Positions 28,909 to 38,952 of a stretch of DNA of 64,000 nucleotides are shown here, piece by piece. A model generated the notes under the pieces. That model was given only the letters and a program-made list of their open reading frames with translations, was not told the DNA's origin and searched no databases. Made by a program: the position numbers and the translations under genes. This stretch comes from an uncultured Alphaproteobacteria bacterium. Its GTDB lineage: Bacteria > Pseudomonadota > Alphaproteobacteria > Acetobacterales > Acetobacteraceae. Numbering within the stretch: position 1 is the stretch's first letter; each line of letters starts with the position of its first letter. The DNA lies in contig CAWBON010000016.1 of the NCBI GenBank assembly GCA_963790445.1, positions 37,501-101,500 of the forward strand, given 5' to 3'.

Positions 28909-29839
28909 CTACCGCGTCGGGCGCGGCGGCGTCACCGTGTAATCGTAGAAACCGCGGTTGGTCTTGCGGCCCAGCCAGCCGGCCTCGACGTATTTCACCA
29001 GCAACGGGCATGGGCGGTATTTGGAATCGGAAAGCCCCTCGTACAGCACCTGCATGATCGACAGGCAGGTATCCAGCCCGATGAAATCCGCCAGCTCCAG
29101 CGGGCCCATCGGATGGTTGGCGCCCAGCTTCATCGAAATGTCGATGCCGGAGACTGAGCCCACGCCCTCATACAGCGCGTAAACCGCCTCGTTGATCATC
29201 GGCACCAGGATGCGGTTGACGATGAATGCGGGAAAGTCCTCCGCCACCGCCGGCGTCTTCCCCAGCTTCTCGGCGAGCGCGCGAACCACCTGGAAGGTCG
29301 CCTCATCGGTGGCGATGCCGCGGATGATCTCCACCAGCTTCATCACCGGCACCGGATTCATGAAGTGCATGCCGATGAATTTTTCCGGCCGGTCGGTCGC
29401 CGCGCCCAGCCGGGTGATGGAAATGGACGAGGTATTGGAGGCCAGCATGGCAGACGGCTTCAGGTGCGGCGTCAGCAGCCTGAAGATCGCGTGCTTCACC
29501 TCTTCCTTCTCGGTCGCCGCCTCGATCACCAGGTCGGCGTCACCGAGTGCTGCGTAGTCCGTCGTGGTTCGGATACGCGCCAGCGCGTCGTCGCGATCCT
29601 CATCGCTGATCAGCTTGCGGTTGACCTGCCGATCCATATTGCGGGTGATGGTGCCCATCGCGCGCTCCAGCGCGGCGGCCTTCACATCCAGCATGATGAC
29701 GGGCAGGCCTGCCAGCGCGCTGACATGGGCGATGCCGTTGCCCATCTGGCCGGCGCCGATCACGCCGAGGCTGGCAATCTCCGGCGGCTCCGCCAGCAGT
29801 TCGCTGCTGGCGGGCCCCAGGCTTGACCTCTACGTTCAT
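28909..29839 (-). CDS. hbd: 3-hydroxybutyryl-CoA dehydrogenase (frameshift near 29815)
   Basis: 'VIGAGQMGNGIAHV', 'NTSSISIT', 'GMHFMNPVPVMKLVEII', 'FIVNRILVPMINEA'. An ATG immediately follows the etfA stop, but the first ~8 codons are in another frame. Confidence 0.85.
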
Positions 29840-30775
29840 TCAGGAGCGCTCCAGTTCCGCCGCCAGTTCGGGCAGCGCGGTGAACAGATCAGCGACCAGG
29901 CCATAATCGGCGACCTGGAAGATGGGCGCTTCCTCATCCTTGTTGATCGCCACGATCACCTTGCTGTCCTTCATGCCGGCCAGATGCTGGATGGCACCAG
30001 AAATTCCGACAGCAATGTAAAGCTCCGGGGCGACGATCTTTCCGGTCTGCCCGACCTGGTAGTCGTTGGGCACGAAGCCGGCATCCACCGCGGCGCGTGA
30101 TGCACCCACCGCGGCGCCGAGTTTATCGGCAATTGGTTCAAGAAGTTTGAAGTTGTCGCCGGCCTGCATGCCGCGACCGCCGGAAATCACCACCCGCGCG
30201 GCCGTGAGTTCGGGGCGCACGCTCTTCGTCAGCTCGGCCGAGATGAATTTCGAAACGGCAGGCAGATCGGGAATCGACACCGGCTCGATCGGCGCGGAGC
30301 CACCGTCGGCCGCGACCGGATCGAAACTCGCGGCGCGCACCGTGATCACCTTTTTCGCGTCGGAAGACTTCACCGTGGCCATGCCGTTGCCGGCATAGAT
30401 CGGCCGGATAAAGGTATCGGCATCGACCACATCGGCAATGTCGCTGATCGGCTGGGCATCCAGCAACGCCGCAACGCGCGGCATGACGTTCTTGCCCACC
30501 GCCGTGGTCGCGGCCAGCAGGTGCGAATAGGCCGGCGCCAGCGCGATCAGCAATGCCGCCGTGGGTTCGGCCATCAGATGATCCAGTGCCGGCGAATCGG
30601 CGGTCAGCACCTTCGCCACACCCGGCAGCTTCGCGGCGGCCGCGGCGGCGGCATCGAGCCCGCTGCCAGCGACCAGAGCGTGCACCTCGCCCAGCTTCTG
30701 CGCAGCGGCAACCGCACTGCGGGACGGCTGCTTGATCCCCGCGTCGTCGTATTCCAACAATACAAGGCTGGTCAT
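29840..30775 (-). CDS. etfA: electron transfer flavoprotein subunit alpha
   Basis: Intact 311 aa. 'VISGGRGM...[42 protein letters not shown]'. Confidence 0.9.
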   Translation of the reverse strand: MTSLVLLEYDDAGIKQPSRSAVAAAQKLGEVHALVAGSGLDAAAAAAAKLPGVAKVLTADSPALDHLMAEPTAALLIALAPAYSHLLAATTAVGKNVMPRVAALLDAQPISDIADVVDADTFIRPIYAGNGMATVKSSDAKKVITVRAASFDPVAADGGSAPIEPVSIPDLPAVSKFISAELTKSVRPELTAARVVISGGRGMQAGDNFKLLEPIADKLGAAVGASRAAVDAGFVPNDYQVGQTGKIVAPELYIAVGISGAIQHLAGMKDSKVIVAINKDEEAPIFQVADYGLVADLFTALPELAAELERS

Positions 30776-30795
30776 GGCAGGAGACTCGTCATCGG

Positions 30796-31545
30796 TCAGA
30801 TCACTTTCGCTTCGGTACGCAGCTTCGCCACCAGTTCGGCCACCGATCCCACCTTGACGCCGGCCTTGCGCTTCGGCGGTTCGGCGACCTTCAGCGTGGT
30901 CAGCCGCGGCGCCGGATCGACGCCCAGATCAGCCGGCTTCATGACGTCGATCGGCTTCTTCCGAGCCTTCATGATGTTCGGCAGCGAGGCGTAGCGCGGC
31001 TCGTTCAGCCGCAGGTCGGTGGTCACAATGGCGGGCAAGGTCAGCGCGACCGTTTCCAGACCGCCGTCGACCTCGCGCGTCACGGTGATGCTGTCGCCCT
31101 CGATCACCACCTTGGAGGCGAAGGTGCCCTGCGGCCAGCCCAGCAGCGCCGCGAGCATCTGGCCGGTGGCGCTCATGTCGTCGTCGATCGCCTGCTTGCC
31201 CAGGATGATCAGCCTCGGTTGCTCCTTGTCGGCGATCGCCTTCAGCATCTTGGCAACCGCCAGCGGCTGCAACTCGGCGTCGGTTTCCACCAGGATGCCG
31301 CGATCGGCGCCCATGGCGAGCGCGGTGCGGATCGTCTCGGCGCATTGCGCCACGCCCAGGGAGACCGCGACGATCTCCGTGGCCACGCCCTTTTCCTTCA
31401 GGCGCACCGCTTCCTCGATGGCGATCTCGTCGAACGGGTTCATCGACATCTTCACCCCGGCGGTCTCGATGCCGGAGCCGTCCGCCTTCACGCGGACCTT
31501 CACATTGTAGTCGACCACCCGCTTGACCGGGACCAGGATTTTCAT
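30796..31545 (-). CDS. etfB: electron transfer flavoprotein subunit beta
   Basis: '[20 protein letters not shown]...[17 protein letters not shown]...[12 protein letters not shown]'. 249 aa counted from the internal ATG of ORF 30796-31938. Confidence 0.9.
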   Translation of the reverse strand: MKILVPVKRVVDYNVKVRVKADGSGIETAGVKMSMNPFDEIAIEEAVRLKEKGVATEIVAVSLGVAQCAETIRTALAMGADRGILVETDAELQPLAVAKMLKAIADKEQPRLIILGKQAIDDDMSATGQMLAALLGWPQGTFASKVVIEGDSITVTREVDGGLETVALTLPAIVTTDLRLNEPRYASLPNIMKARKKPIDVMKPADLGVDPAPRLTTLKVAEPPKRKAGVKVGSVAELVAKLRTEAKVI

Positions 31546-31670
31546 GAGGAGAACCGTGCCGCTTCCAGGAATTTCGCGTGCGTCAGCTAAGGTGGGGCAC
31601 CCGCCTGTTCGCACCTGCAATAGAGCGGGCGGACCATATGCAGGGGCCGGTAGCCTGTCAAACCTTCCGA

Positions 31671-31865
31671 TCAGGACCGCAGCAGGCTCATCAGCAAGGC
31701 AAACAGCAGCAGCGCCGCACCCTGGAGGATCACCCGCCATCGCATCAACTGGTTGGAGCGCTGAGGGTTGCCGCCGCCGCGCACCAGGCCGATCAGTCCG
31801 GCGAGAAGCACGCCCAACGTGGCGAACATCAGCAGCGCGACCATGATGGTAAGAAAGGTCTTCAT
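31671..31865 (-). CDS. twin-transmembrane-helix small protein (HIG1-like)
   Basis: 64 aa: '[31 protein letters not shown]...[19 protein letters not shown]', two TM helices. Confidence 0.65.
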   Translation of the reverse strand: MKTFLTIMVALLMFATLGVLLAGLIGLVRGGGNPQRSNQLMRWRVILQGAALLLFALLMSLLRS

Positions 31866-32010
31866 TGCAACCACATATGACGACTGGGCAACCACGTATG
31901 ACGTGGTTGCTTCTACACCGGTCCCGCCTGGATTGCACCCAGCCCGAGACCTGCCGTCACCATGCCACTTTATTGACCGACCCTCGGCGCTTTGTGTTCG
32001 GAGCCTGCTG

Positions 32011-34495
32011 ATGCCGCGCCTGCTGTTCATCCTCTGCCTGATCGCGTTGGGGTTGGCCGCCCCGGCTGCCGGGCAGCAGTCCGCCCCGGCGACGTCTGCC
32101 GCCCCGGCCTCGGCGATCAGCCCGGCGCAGGCGCGGCAGGCGCTGGATGTCCTTAATGATCCGCAGAAACGTGCCCAGTTCACCGCGACCCTGGAGGCGA
32201 TCGTTAAGGCCCAGCCGGCGCCGGAAGCCGCAAAGAAATCCGCACCCGGGGGGACCACACCGAGCCCGGCTTCGGCTGCAACGCCCGCGCCGGTTTCCGC
32301 CGCCAAAACGCCGTCACCGTTCGCACCGAACGGGCTCGGCGCGGAAGTCGTGGTCCGGGCCTCCGACTTCCTGAACCACGTGTCCAACGAGGCGCTTGCC
32401 GCCCTTCGGGCCGTGCGCAGCGTTCCCCTGCTGTGGGCCTGGCTTTATGTCATGGCAACCAACCCGATGGGACAGGGTATCCTGCTGGATACCGCGTGGC
32501 GCCTGGCACTGGTGCTGGCCATCGGCATCGCCGTCGAGTGGGCACTCGGGCATGCTGTCCGGCGTCCCATCCTCGCCCTGGCGCGACGGGCTCCGAACGG
32601 CGGCCCGATGCCGAACGAAGACGGCGAGGCTCGCGCCGAGCTGGGTGAGACGGAACCGCCGCACCGTCGGCGTCGCACGGCGCTGCTGTTGCTTCGGCGA
32701 ATACCGTTGGTGATCGGCCGGCTCGTGCTGGAACTCCTGCCGGTGCTGGGCTTCGTGCTGATCGGCCACACGATGGCTCTGACCCCTCTCGGCGGCGACG
32801 AGCTTCCACGCCTTGTGCTGCTCGCGGTGATCGATGCGTATGCGCTGTGCGCCGCCATCCTGTGCATCGGGCGCATGCTGTTCTCCCCCGACGAACCGCG
32901 ACTGCGCCTGCTGCGTATCTCGGATGACCAGGCGGCCTACGCGACGCACTGGACCCGTCGGATCGTGGTGGTCGCCGTGTTCGGCTATGCGATCGCAGAG
33001 GTCGGACTGCTGCTGGGCTTGTCGGATGCGGCGCACGACGCGCTGTTGAAGGCGACCGGCCTGATCGACCACGTGTTGCTGGCGATCGTCGTTCTGCAAT
33101 GCCGACGCACGGTGCGACACTGGCTGCGCGCACCACCAGGCTCGGTCGGGTTCTTTGCCGCCGCGCGCAACTGGCTGGCGCGAGTCTGGCACTGGATCGC
33201 GATTTTCGTTACTCGTCGCGCTCTGGCTGGTGTGGGCAGTGGAAATCCCGCACGGCTATTCTCAGGCACTGCGCTATCTTGCCAGCACCATCGTCGTGCT
33301 GGTTGCAGCGCGTCTGGTGCAGATCGTCCTACTCGGCGCGCTCGATCGCATGCTGCGGGTGAAACCGGACACTGCGTCGCGCTACCCGGGGATCGAGACG
33401 CGGCTGGCGATCTATTACCCTGTGGTGGTCAGTGCGACACGCGCGCTGATCTTTCTCGTCAGCGCCATCATCCTGCTGCAGCTCTGGGGACTTGGCGCGC
33501 TCGACTGGCTGGTCGACGACACCGCTCGGCCAGCGCGTGCTGTCCACGTTCGTCACGCTGGCGGTGACGCTGCTGCTCGCGCTAACGGTGTGGGAGGCGG
33601 TCAACGCCGCGATCGAGCGCCATCTGGCGAGGCTGACGCGCGAGGCGCAGGTCGCGCGCTCGGCACGGCTGCGCACGCTGCTGCCGCTGCTGCGCAGCGC
33701 GCTGCTGATCACCATCCTGATCGTCGTCGGCATGATGGTGCTGAGCGAGATCGGCGTGAACATCGGCCCGCTGCTGGCCGGTGCCGGCATCGTCGGCGTG
33801 GCGATCGGCTTCGGCTCGCAGAAGCTGGTGCAGGATCTGATCACCGGCATCTTCCTGCTGCTGGAGAACGCGATGCAGGTCGGTGACGCGGTCACGGTGT
33901 CGGGCCTGTCGGGCACCGTGGAAAACCTGTCGGTGCGCACGATCCGCCTGCGCGCCGGCGACGGCTCGGTGCATGTCATTCCGTTCAGCGCGGTGACCAC
34001 GGTGACAAATGTCGAACCGCGGCCTTGGCAACGCATCGGTCGGTTGTCAATGTTGCGTATCACGAGGATACCGACCGGGTGAGCGACGTGTTGAAGGAGA
34101 TCGCCGTCGGCATGCGCCAGGAGGACGACTTCTCGGCAAAGATACTGAGCGACCTGCAGCTTTGGGGCGTCGACAAGGTGGATGGCGCCAGCGTGACCAT
34201 TGCCGGTCAAGTGGTCTGCACCGATTCCGGCCGTTGGAGCGTGCAGCGCGAGTTCAACCGCCGCATGAAAAAGCGGTTCGAGGAACTGGACATCGAAATC
34301 TACAACCCGACCATGCGCACGGTCACGACCTCACCGGGGTCGGATGAGCCAATGCCCGCAGAAGAGGGCCGACCGCAGGAGGCGGGCAGGCCGCAGGAGG
34401 CGGGCAGGCCGCAGGAGGCGGAAGGATCGCTGGAGGCAAACAGGAATGACAAGACCGGACCAACTGAGCCATCTCGCGGACCGGATCGCGGCTGA
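32011..34495 (+). CDS. large MscS-family mechanosensitive channel (about 3 frameshifts)
   Basis: Signal peptide, periplasmic region, multiple TM helices and an MscS core 'GAGIVGVAIGFGSQKLVQDLITGIFLLLENAMQVGDAVTVSGLSGTVENLSVRTIRLR'. Breaks near 33190, 33520 and 34010. Confidence 0.85.
34367..34420 (+). repeat. 18-nt x3 in-frame tandem repeat (GRPQEA)3 in the MscS C-terminal tail
   Basis: GGCCGACCGCAGGAGGCG / GGCAGGCCGCAGGAGGCG / GGCAGGCCGCAGGAGGCG. Confidence 0.85.
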
Positions 34496-35180
34496 GGGAT
34501 TTGCTTTCGTGCACGGCGCCGATACGCGCGCGGAGTTTGCGCGGCACGGATCGCTTGCGGACTGGCCAGCGTTTGCCGCGAGTTGGGACGACCTCGGCGT
34601 GGACACCTACATGGCGGACGGCGGGCGTTACCGAAAGCGCCGCCACGCCACCTTCCGTGCGGTGATCGGCGAGCCGGTTCAACGCGCGGAGCATCAGCCG
34701 CATTACCAGAGCCGGGATTACAATCCGTTGAATGGCGGTGTCGCACGCTGGTTCGATCCGGTGCTGCCGGACGTTGCCGCCGGCGCCAGCATGACGGCGA
34801 TCCTGGCGACGTGTCGCACGCTGTTCGAGCGCCTGTTGCCGGCGCGGGCATGGCATGTCGAGGTGCATCAGTTTCGCATCGAGGCGCGCAGCGGGGTCGA
34901 AGGCCGGCCGACGCCTGAGGGAATGCATCGCGATGGTGTCGATCATGTGCTGGTGCTGTTGATCGGACGGCGCAACATCCAGAGCGGTGTCACATCGATC
35001 CATGATGCGAGCGGTCGCAATCTCGGCAGCTTTACACTCGCCGAGCCGTTCGACGCCGCGTGGGTGGACGATCACCGCGTCATGCACGGCGTAACACCGG
35101 TGGAACCGATCGACCCGGCGCAACCGGGTTTCCGTGACGTGCTGGTTGTCACGTTCCGCAGGGAGGATAGTGCGACGTAG
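34446..35180 (+). CDS. 2OG-Fe dioxygenase family protein (PF10014-like)
   Basis: 'HQFRIEARSGVEGRPTPEGMHRDGVDHVLVLLIGRRNIQSGVTSI...HRVMHGVTPV'. Overlaps the MscS 3' end by about 50 nt. Confidence 0.75.
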   Translation: MTRPDQLSHLADRIAAEGFAFVHGADTRAEFARHGSLADWPAFAASWDDLGVDTYMADGGRYRKRRHATFRAVIGEPVQRAEHQPHYQSRDYNPLNGGVARWFDPVLPDVAAGASMTAILATCRTLFERLLPARAWHVEVHQFRIEARSGVEGRPTPEGMHRDGVDHVLVLLIGRRNIQSGVTSIHDASGRNLGSFTLAEPFDAAWVDDHRVMHGVTPVEPIDPAQPGFRDVLVVTFRREDSAT

Positions 35181-35667
35181 CGTTCTGCCGCGTCTTTTTG
35201 GGGGCGTTCTTGGGACTGCAGCAAAAAATGCTAGCCGCGGAAGCCTGAAGTGGAAGACCTGAAGCGGTAGCCCTGCCGGGAGCGAGGGCGCGTCCGCGAC
35301 CCTGTCTCCGGTGCAGGATGCCGGCGGCGTGCGAGTGTGAGTCGCACCCGCCGCCTGCCCCACCAATTCGCCAGCGAATGCGTGTCCGCATTCTCTGATC
35401 CTCCGATGGCTCCCCGCCCGATTGCGATATTAGATAGCAAAGGCCACTTGGCCGTTGCCGCGCTCCTAGCCACCGAATCCGGTTACGCGATCACTCGGAC
35501 ATACGCCATGGATATCCGAGCAATCGGCGCCGCTTGACGTTGCAGCGCCGGGATGGTGCAAGTCTGGAGGATGGCTGAAAATTAGGCGAATCCCGCAGGT
35601 GCCGTTTTAATGCGGCACAAGCACGGATAACTGACTGAAGAGCGCGGGCTATAGCTGTTTGCGCAAC

Positions 35668-36297
35668 TCACTTATATGCACACGTTGTACGATACTGAAC
35701 AAACAGTCTATCGCTAACCTCGATCACAGTCTGCTTTTTGAGCGCGGCATCAAGCCGTGTTTGTGCGACTACCTGCTCGATCTGGCCTTGCCCAAAAATG
35801 CCCTTTGGCCCTCTGCCTGCGGGCTCTCCACGTCAGAACGCGACTTGAAAGCTACTCCGTAGACGATGAAGGCTTGCAAGAGGTCGTTTTTATACCGCTC
35901 TGTTTCCCACGCAGATTTCGAGAAGATATCGACGGTCCGCTGATCAAACTTACCAAAGCCAGCGTGCAGTTGGTTCACATTGCCGATTGTCTCGCTCCAT
36001 ACTGTTGGGAACAAAGCCGACGTTTGTGGTAAACTCGACCGCAAATCGACAGGTTGAGCGGTCATCGACGCGACCTGGCTCTTTAAATATGCCAGCATCT
36101 CAAGGAAGTGACTATCCGTGCGAGCAATGCCGCGCTCGGACTTCTGCTCTTGTTTAAGTCGCTCCGCTTTTTGTTGCTCAATCTGCTCCTGGTTCGCTGT
36201 GTTCATAGACTTGAGTTGGTCCAACGCTTCGTCGATTTTGCCTATTAAAAATCTTGGGTCGATCCTGGCTGCCGAAAATCCTGTTCAAAACGTCCAC
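35668..36297 (-). CDS. hypothetical coiled-coil protein (islet 2; two compensating frameshifts at T5 runs)
   Basis: Core ORF 35769-36224 ('NQEQIEQQKAERLKQEQK...'). The N-terminal piece from GTG 36297 and the C-terminal piece 'KGIFGQGQIEQVVAQTRLDAALKK...CAYK*' are in a different frame. Confidence 0.45.
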
Positions 36298-36309
36298 AAT
36301 CTGCTTGGT

Positions 36310-36495
36310 CTAAGCGGCAGAAATCCCTGAGCATGTTATTGTGAGATTTCCCTCGACCTGTCCGGTGACGGGATTGCAAATTCCGGATGTCTGCACGTCG
36401 CTTTGGTTGATCTGCTGCGCGACGACTTCAGCAACCGGCAACGCAATGAAACAGGCAACAAGCATAACCCGCGCTGTGATAGTTGAGGTATTCAT
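36310..36495 (-). CDS. small exported peptide, paralogue 2 (NPVTG motif)
   Basis: 'MNTSTITARVMLVACFIALPVAEVVAQQINQSDVQTSGICNPVTGQVEGNLTITCSGISAA': signal peptide plus a mature part of about 35 aa with 2 Cys. Confidence 0.5.
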   Translation of the reverse strand: MNTSTITARVMLVACFIALPVAEVVAQQINQSDVQTSGICNPVTGQVEGNLTITCSGISAA

Positions 36496-36511
36496 TGGCG
36501 ACCTCGTCAAA

Positions 36512-36727
36512 TTACTTCTTATCGACGGATACCGAGCCATTGACGATCCCGGTTACCGGATTGCGCGATCCGGAGGTGCTGATGCCTGTTTGTGAAACTG
36601 ACTGCGTATGCGGCTCTGCCGACGAGAAGACGCCGTAAATTGCGCATATCGCGACGATGGCCCCGGCTATTCCGGAGACGGCCATCCAGATCTTAGTATA
36701 ACTTATTCGCCTCCTCCTCAGGGTCAA
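36512..36727 (-). CDS. small exported/membrane-anchored peptide, paralogue 1 (NPVTG motif)
   Basis: '...MAVSGIAGAIVAICAIYGVFSSAEPHTQSVSQTGISTSGSRNPVTGIVNGSVSVDKK'. The start is either TTG 36727 or ATG 36685. Confidence 0.45.
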   Translation of the reverse strand: MTLRRRRISYTKIWMAVSGIAGAIVAICAIYGVFSSAEPHTQSVSQTGISTSGSRNPVTGIVNGSVSVDKK

Positions 36728-37367
36728 TTCATGGCACCATTAGGACTTGATTTGTTATACGATATCAAGATGACTGTTTCGCGCATCCCTCCGACCTTCA
36801 GAAAGCCCACAAGGCCACGCGCATGGTCGACATGCGCCTGCCACCCATGGACACGGATCCGACACAATCCTGCTCCTGCCTCGCGACAGAGGTTCCCCCC
36901 GCCGCAGAAATCTCGACGCAGCGTTGTCATCCACCCCTAGGAGCGGTTTTCGCAGGTCGTCGACATCCCCAGCAACCACATCTGGTATGGAGCGTGGGGT
37001 GCTCCAACCACGCTGTACTTCCATGCAGATCGAGCGCGCGGCGTCTCGCGATTGATCTGCTTGAGAAAGCGGAACCATCCGACATACGTGTGGCTTGTCT
37101 CGGTGCCGGCGATCAGGTTGACGGTCAATTGATTGCTCTCGGTCGCTTGCCGACCCATCGCCGTTGCAGTTGCGCGCAGGATGCTGGATTCCATCCCCGC
37201 CCGATTGCCGTCAGCGATCGCAGTTTGCCGAGCAAAAGGCTGATATCTGGTTGACGTCACGCCAGCGTGACGGACATTGGACCAACGATTCCGGTGTCAA
37301 GGCCTTTGCTGCGTCGCAGCAAATCCCCTTATCGATGAGTCTGGAACGACAGGAGTGTTGACCCATC

Positions 37368-38339
37368 ATGAAGTGGTCGCGCGAACTGAAAATTGCTCGC
37401 CGGAGTGTGCGGACGGCCATCAAAGCCGCTTCCGCCATCGCCAAGGCGCAGGCGAGGCTGCCTGATACACTCAGGTTGGCTCCCTGGTCGACGCCAGCAC
37501 CGTTGGGCGGTGTCAGCGGGCCAGTCAAGATAGCCGAATTCGGCAGCAATCCTGGCCGCTTATCGATGTTCGTGCATATTCCCGCCAAACCGCCAATCCC
37601 CGGGGCGCCGCTTGTCGTGCTGCTGCACGGTTGCGGCCAGACCGCCGCTGCGTTCAGCCGCGACACCGGATGGGTTGCGCTGGCTGATCAGATCGGCGTT
37701 CCACTCGTGCTGCCCGAGCAATCGGGCGACAACAATCAAGGACGATGTTTCAACTGGTTCCGTCCGACGCATGTTGGCCGCGAGCTGGGTGAAGCACTGT
37801 CGATCCGGCAAATGGTCGCGACAGCAGTCGAGCGCTTCGGTTCCGATCCAGCCCGGGTCTACATTGCCGGACTGTCCGCGGGCGGTGCGATGGCGGCCGC
37901 CATGCTGGCAGCATACCCGGACGTGTTTGCTGCCGGCGCCGTCGTCGCCGGTCTGCCGGTCGGCGCGGCAACCAGTACAACCGAGGCATTGGCGCGCATG
38001 GCAGAGGCTGGTCCGCAACGCTCGCCCGCGGGCTGGGCCGAGCAGGTGAGGCATGCGGCGCCGACCGGCTATCTCGGTCCCTGGCCGCGGCTGTCGATCT
38101 GGCATGGCAGCGCTGACCGCGTGGTGGATCCGGCCAATGCGCGCCTGCTGGCGGAGCAGTGGTCAGCGGTACATGGGCTCGAACGCGGCGCGATCGGTGG
38201 CGAAGGAGTCGATCGCGAGATCTGGGGTCCGCCTGAGCGGCCGATCGTCGAGCTTTGTCTATTGCCGGGTCTGGCGCACGTCTGGCCGGCCAGCGCGACG
38301 AGCCACATCGCCAGCTTCTGGCAACTGCAGCAGGGTTGA
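37368..38339 (+). CDS. PHB/PHA depolymerase family esterase
   Basis: Intact 323 aa. 'PLVVLLHGCGQTAAAFS...NQGRCFNWF...VYIAGLSAGGAMAAAM' (GxSxG lipase box). Confidence 0.85.
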   Translation: MKWSRELKIARRSVRTAIKAASAIAKAQARLPDTLRLAPWSTPAPLGGVSGPVKIAEFGSNPGRLSMFVHIPAKPPIPGAPLVVLLHGCGQTAAAFSRDTGWVALADQIGVPLVLPEQSGDNNQGRCFNWFRPTHVGRELGEALSIRQMVATAVERFGSDPARVYIAGLSAGGAMAAAMLAAYPDVFAAGAVVAGLPVGAATSTTEALARMAEAGPQRSPAGWAEQVRHAAPTGYLGPWPRLSIWHGSADRVVDPANARLLAEQWSAVHGLERGAIGGEGVDREIWGPPERPIVELCLLPGLAHVWPASATSHIASFWQLQQG

Positions 38340-38419
38340 CGCACCGCGCGACAGATTAACCGCATGGCAACCCCTTCGCGATCACCATGACCGTGGTGCC
38401 GCAACCAAAGGTGTCCTGC

Positions 38420-38925
38420 ATGGCAAGCGATCCGATCACGAGAGATGTCATCATCGCAGACAACGACCACATTATCCGCAGCATCCTGCGTACCGTGCTG
38501 GAGATTCAGAAATTCAACGTCCTGCAGGCCATCGATGGTATCGAGGCGGTTGATTACGCCACACGCACGACAGCGCGCCTGGTGATCCTGGACTACAAGA
38601 TGCCCAAGTTGGACGGTTTCGCAACCTGCGCGGAAATTCGCTGTCTGCCTGCCTATCCGAAGTGCCGATCATCATCCTGACGGGATTCAATGACGACGAC
38701 ACCCGGGCCGCGGCGCAGCATGCCGGCGCGACAATGTTTCTGACCAAGCCGTTCAAGCCGATGGATCTGTTGCACGCCATTGCCGCTGTCTTGGGACTGC
38801 CCCAAACCGATAGGGTGCAGCAACTGCCGCGGGCGAACGTGCTGAATTTGTCTGGAAACGCCGGCAGGAACCGACGCCACTCGACAGCGAGCAACCCGAA
38901 TTGTCCGAAGGTCGCCGGATCCTGA
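38420..38925 (+). CDS. CheY-like response regulator, receiver only (frameshifted)
   Basis: 'VIIADNDHIIRSIL...LVILDYKMPKLDG' then 'PIIILTGFNDDDTRAAAQHAGATMFLTKPF' in the next frame. Break near 38655. Confidence 0.75.
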
Positions 38926-38952
38926 ACATCTGCCGCCGCTGCACGGTCTGAT

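Noticed and set aside
34367-34420. Possible CRISPR-like or other interspaced repeat arrays
   Set aside because: All repeats seen in the window (18-nt x3, 15-nt x3, 13-nt x3, 11-nt x2, 14-nt x2) are head-to-tail or nearly so. They are too short and too few, and they lack unique spacers. No cas genes are present.
36728-37360. Overlapping ORFs on both strands (36937-37260, 36755-37078, 36724-36930 minus; 36608-36940, 36823-37254 plus)
   Set aside because: None shows a motif, and they mutually overlap in different frames. With the indel problem I cannot decide which, if any, is coding, so they are left unannotated and mentioned under islet 2.
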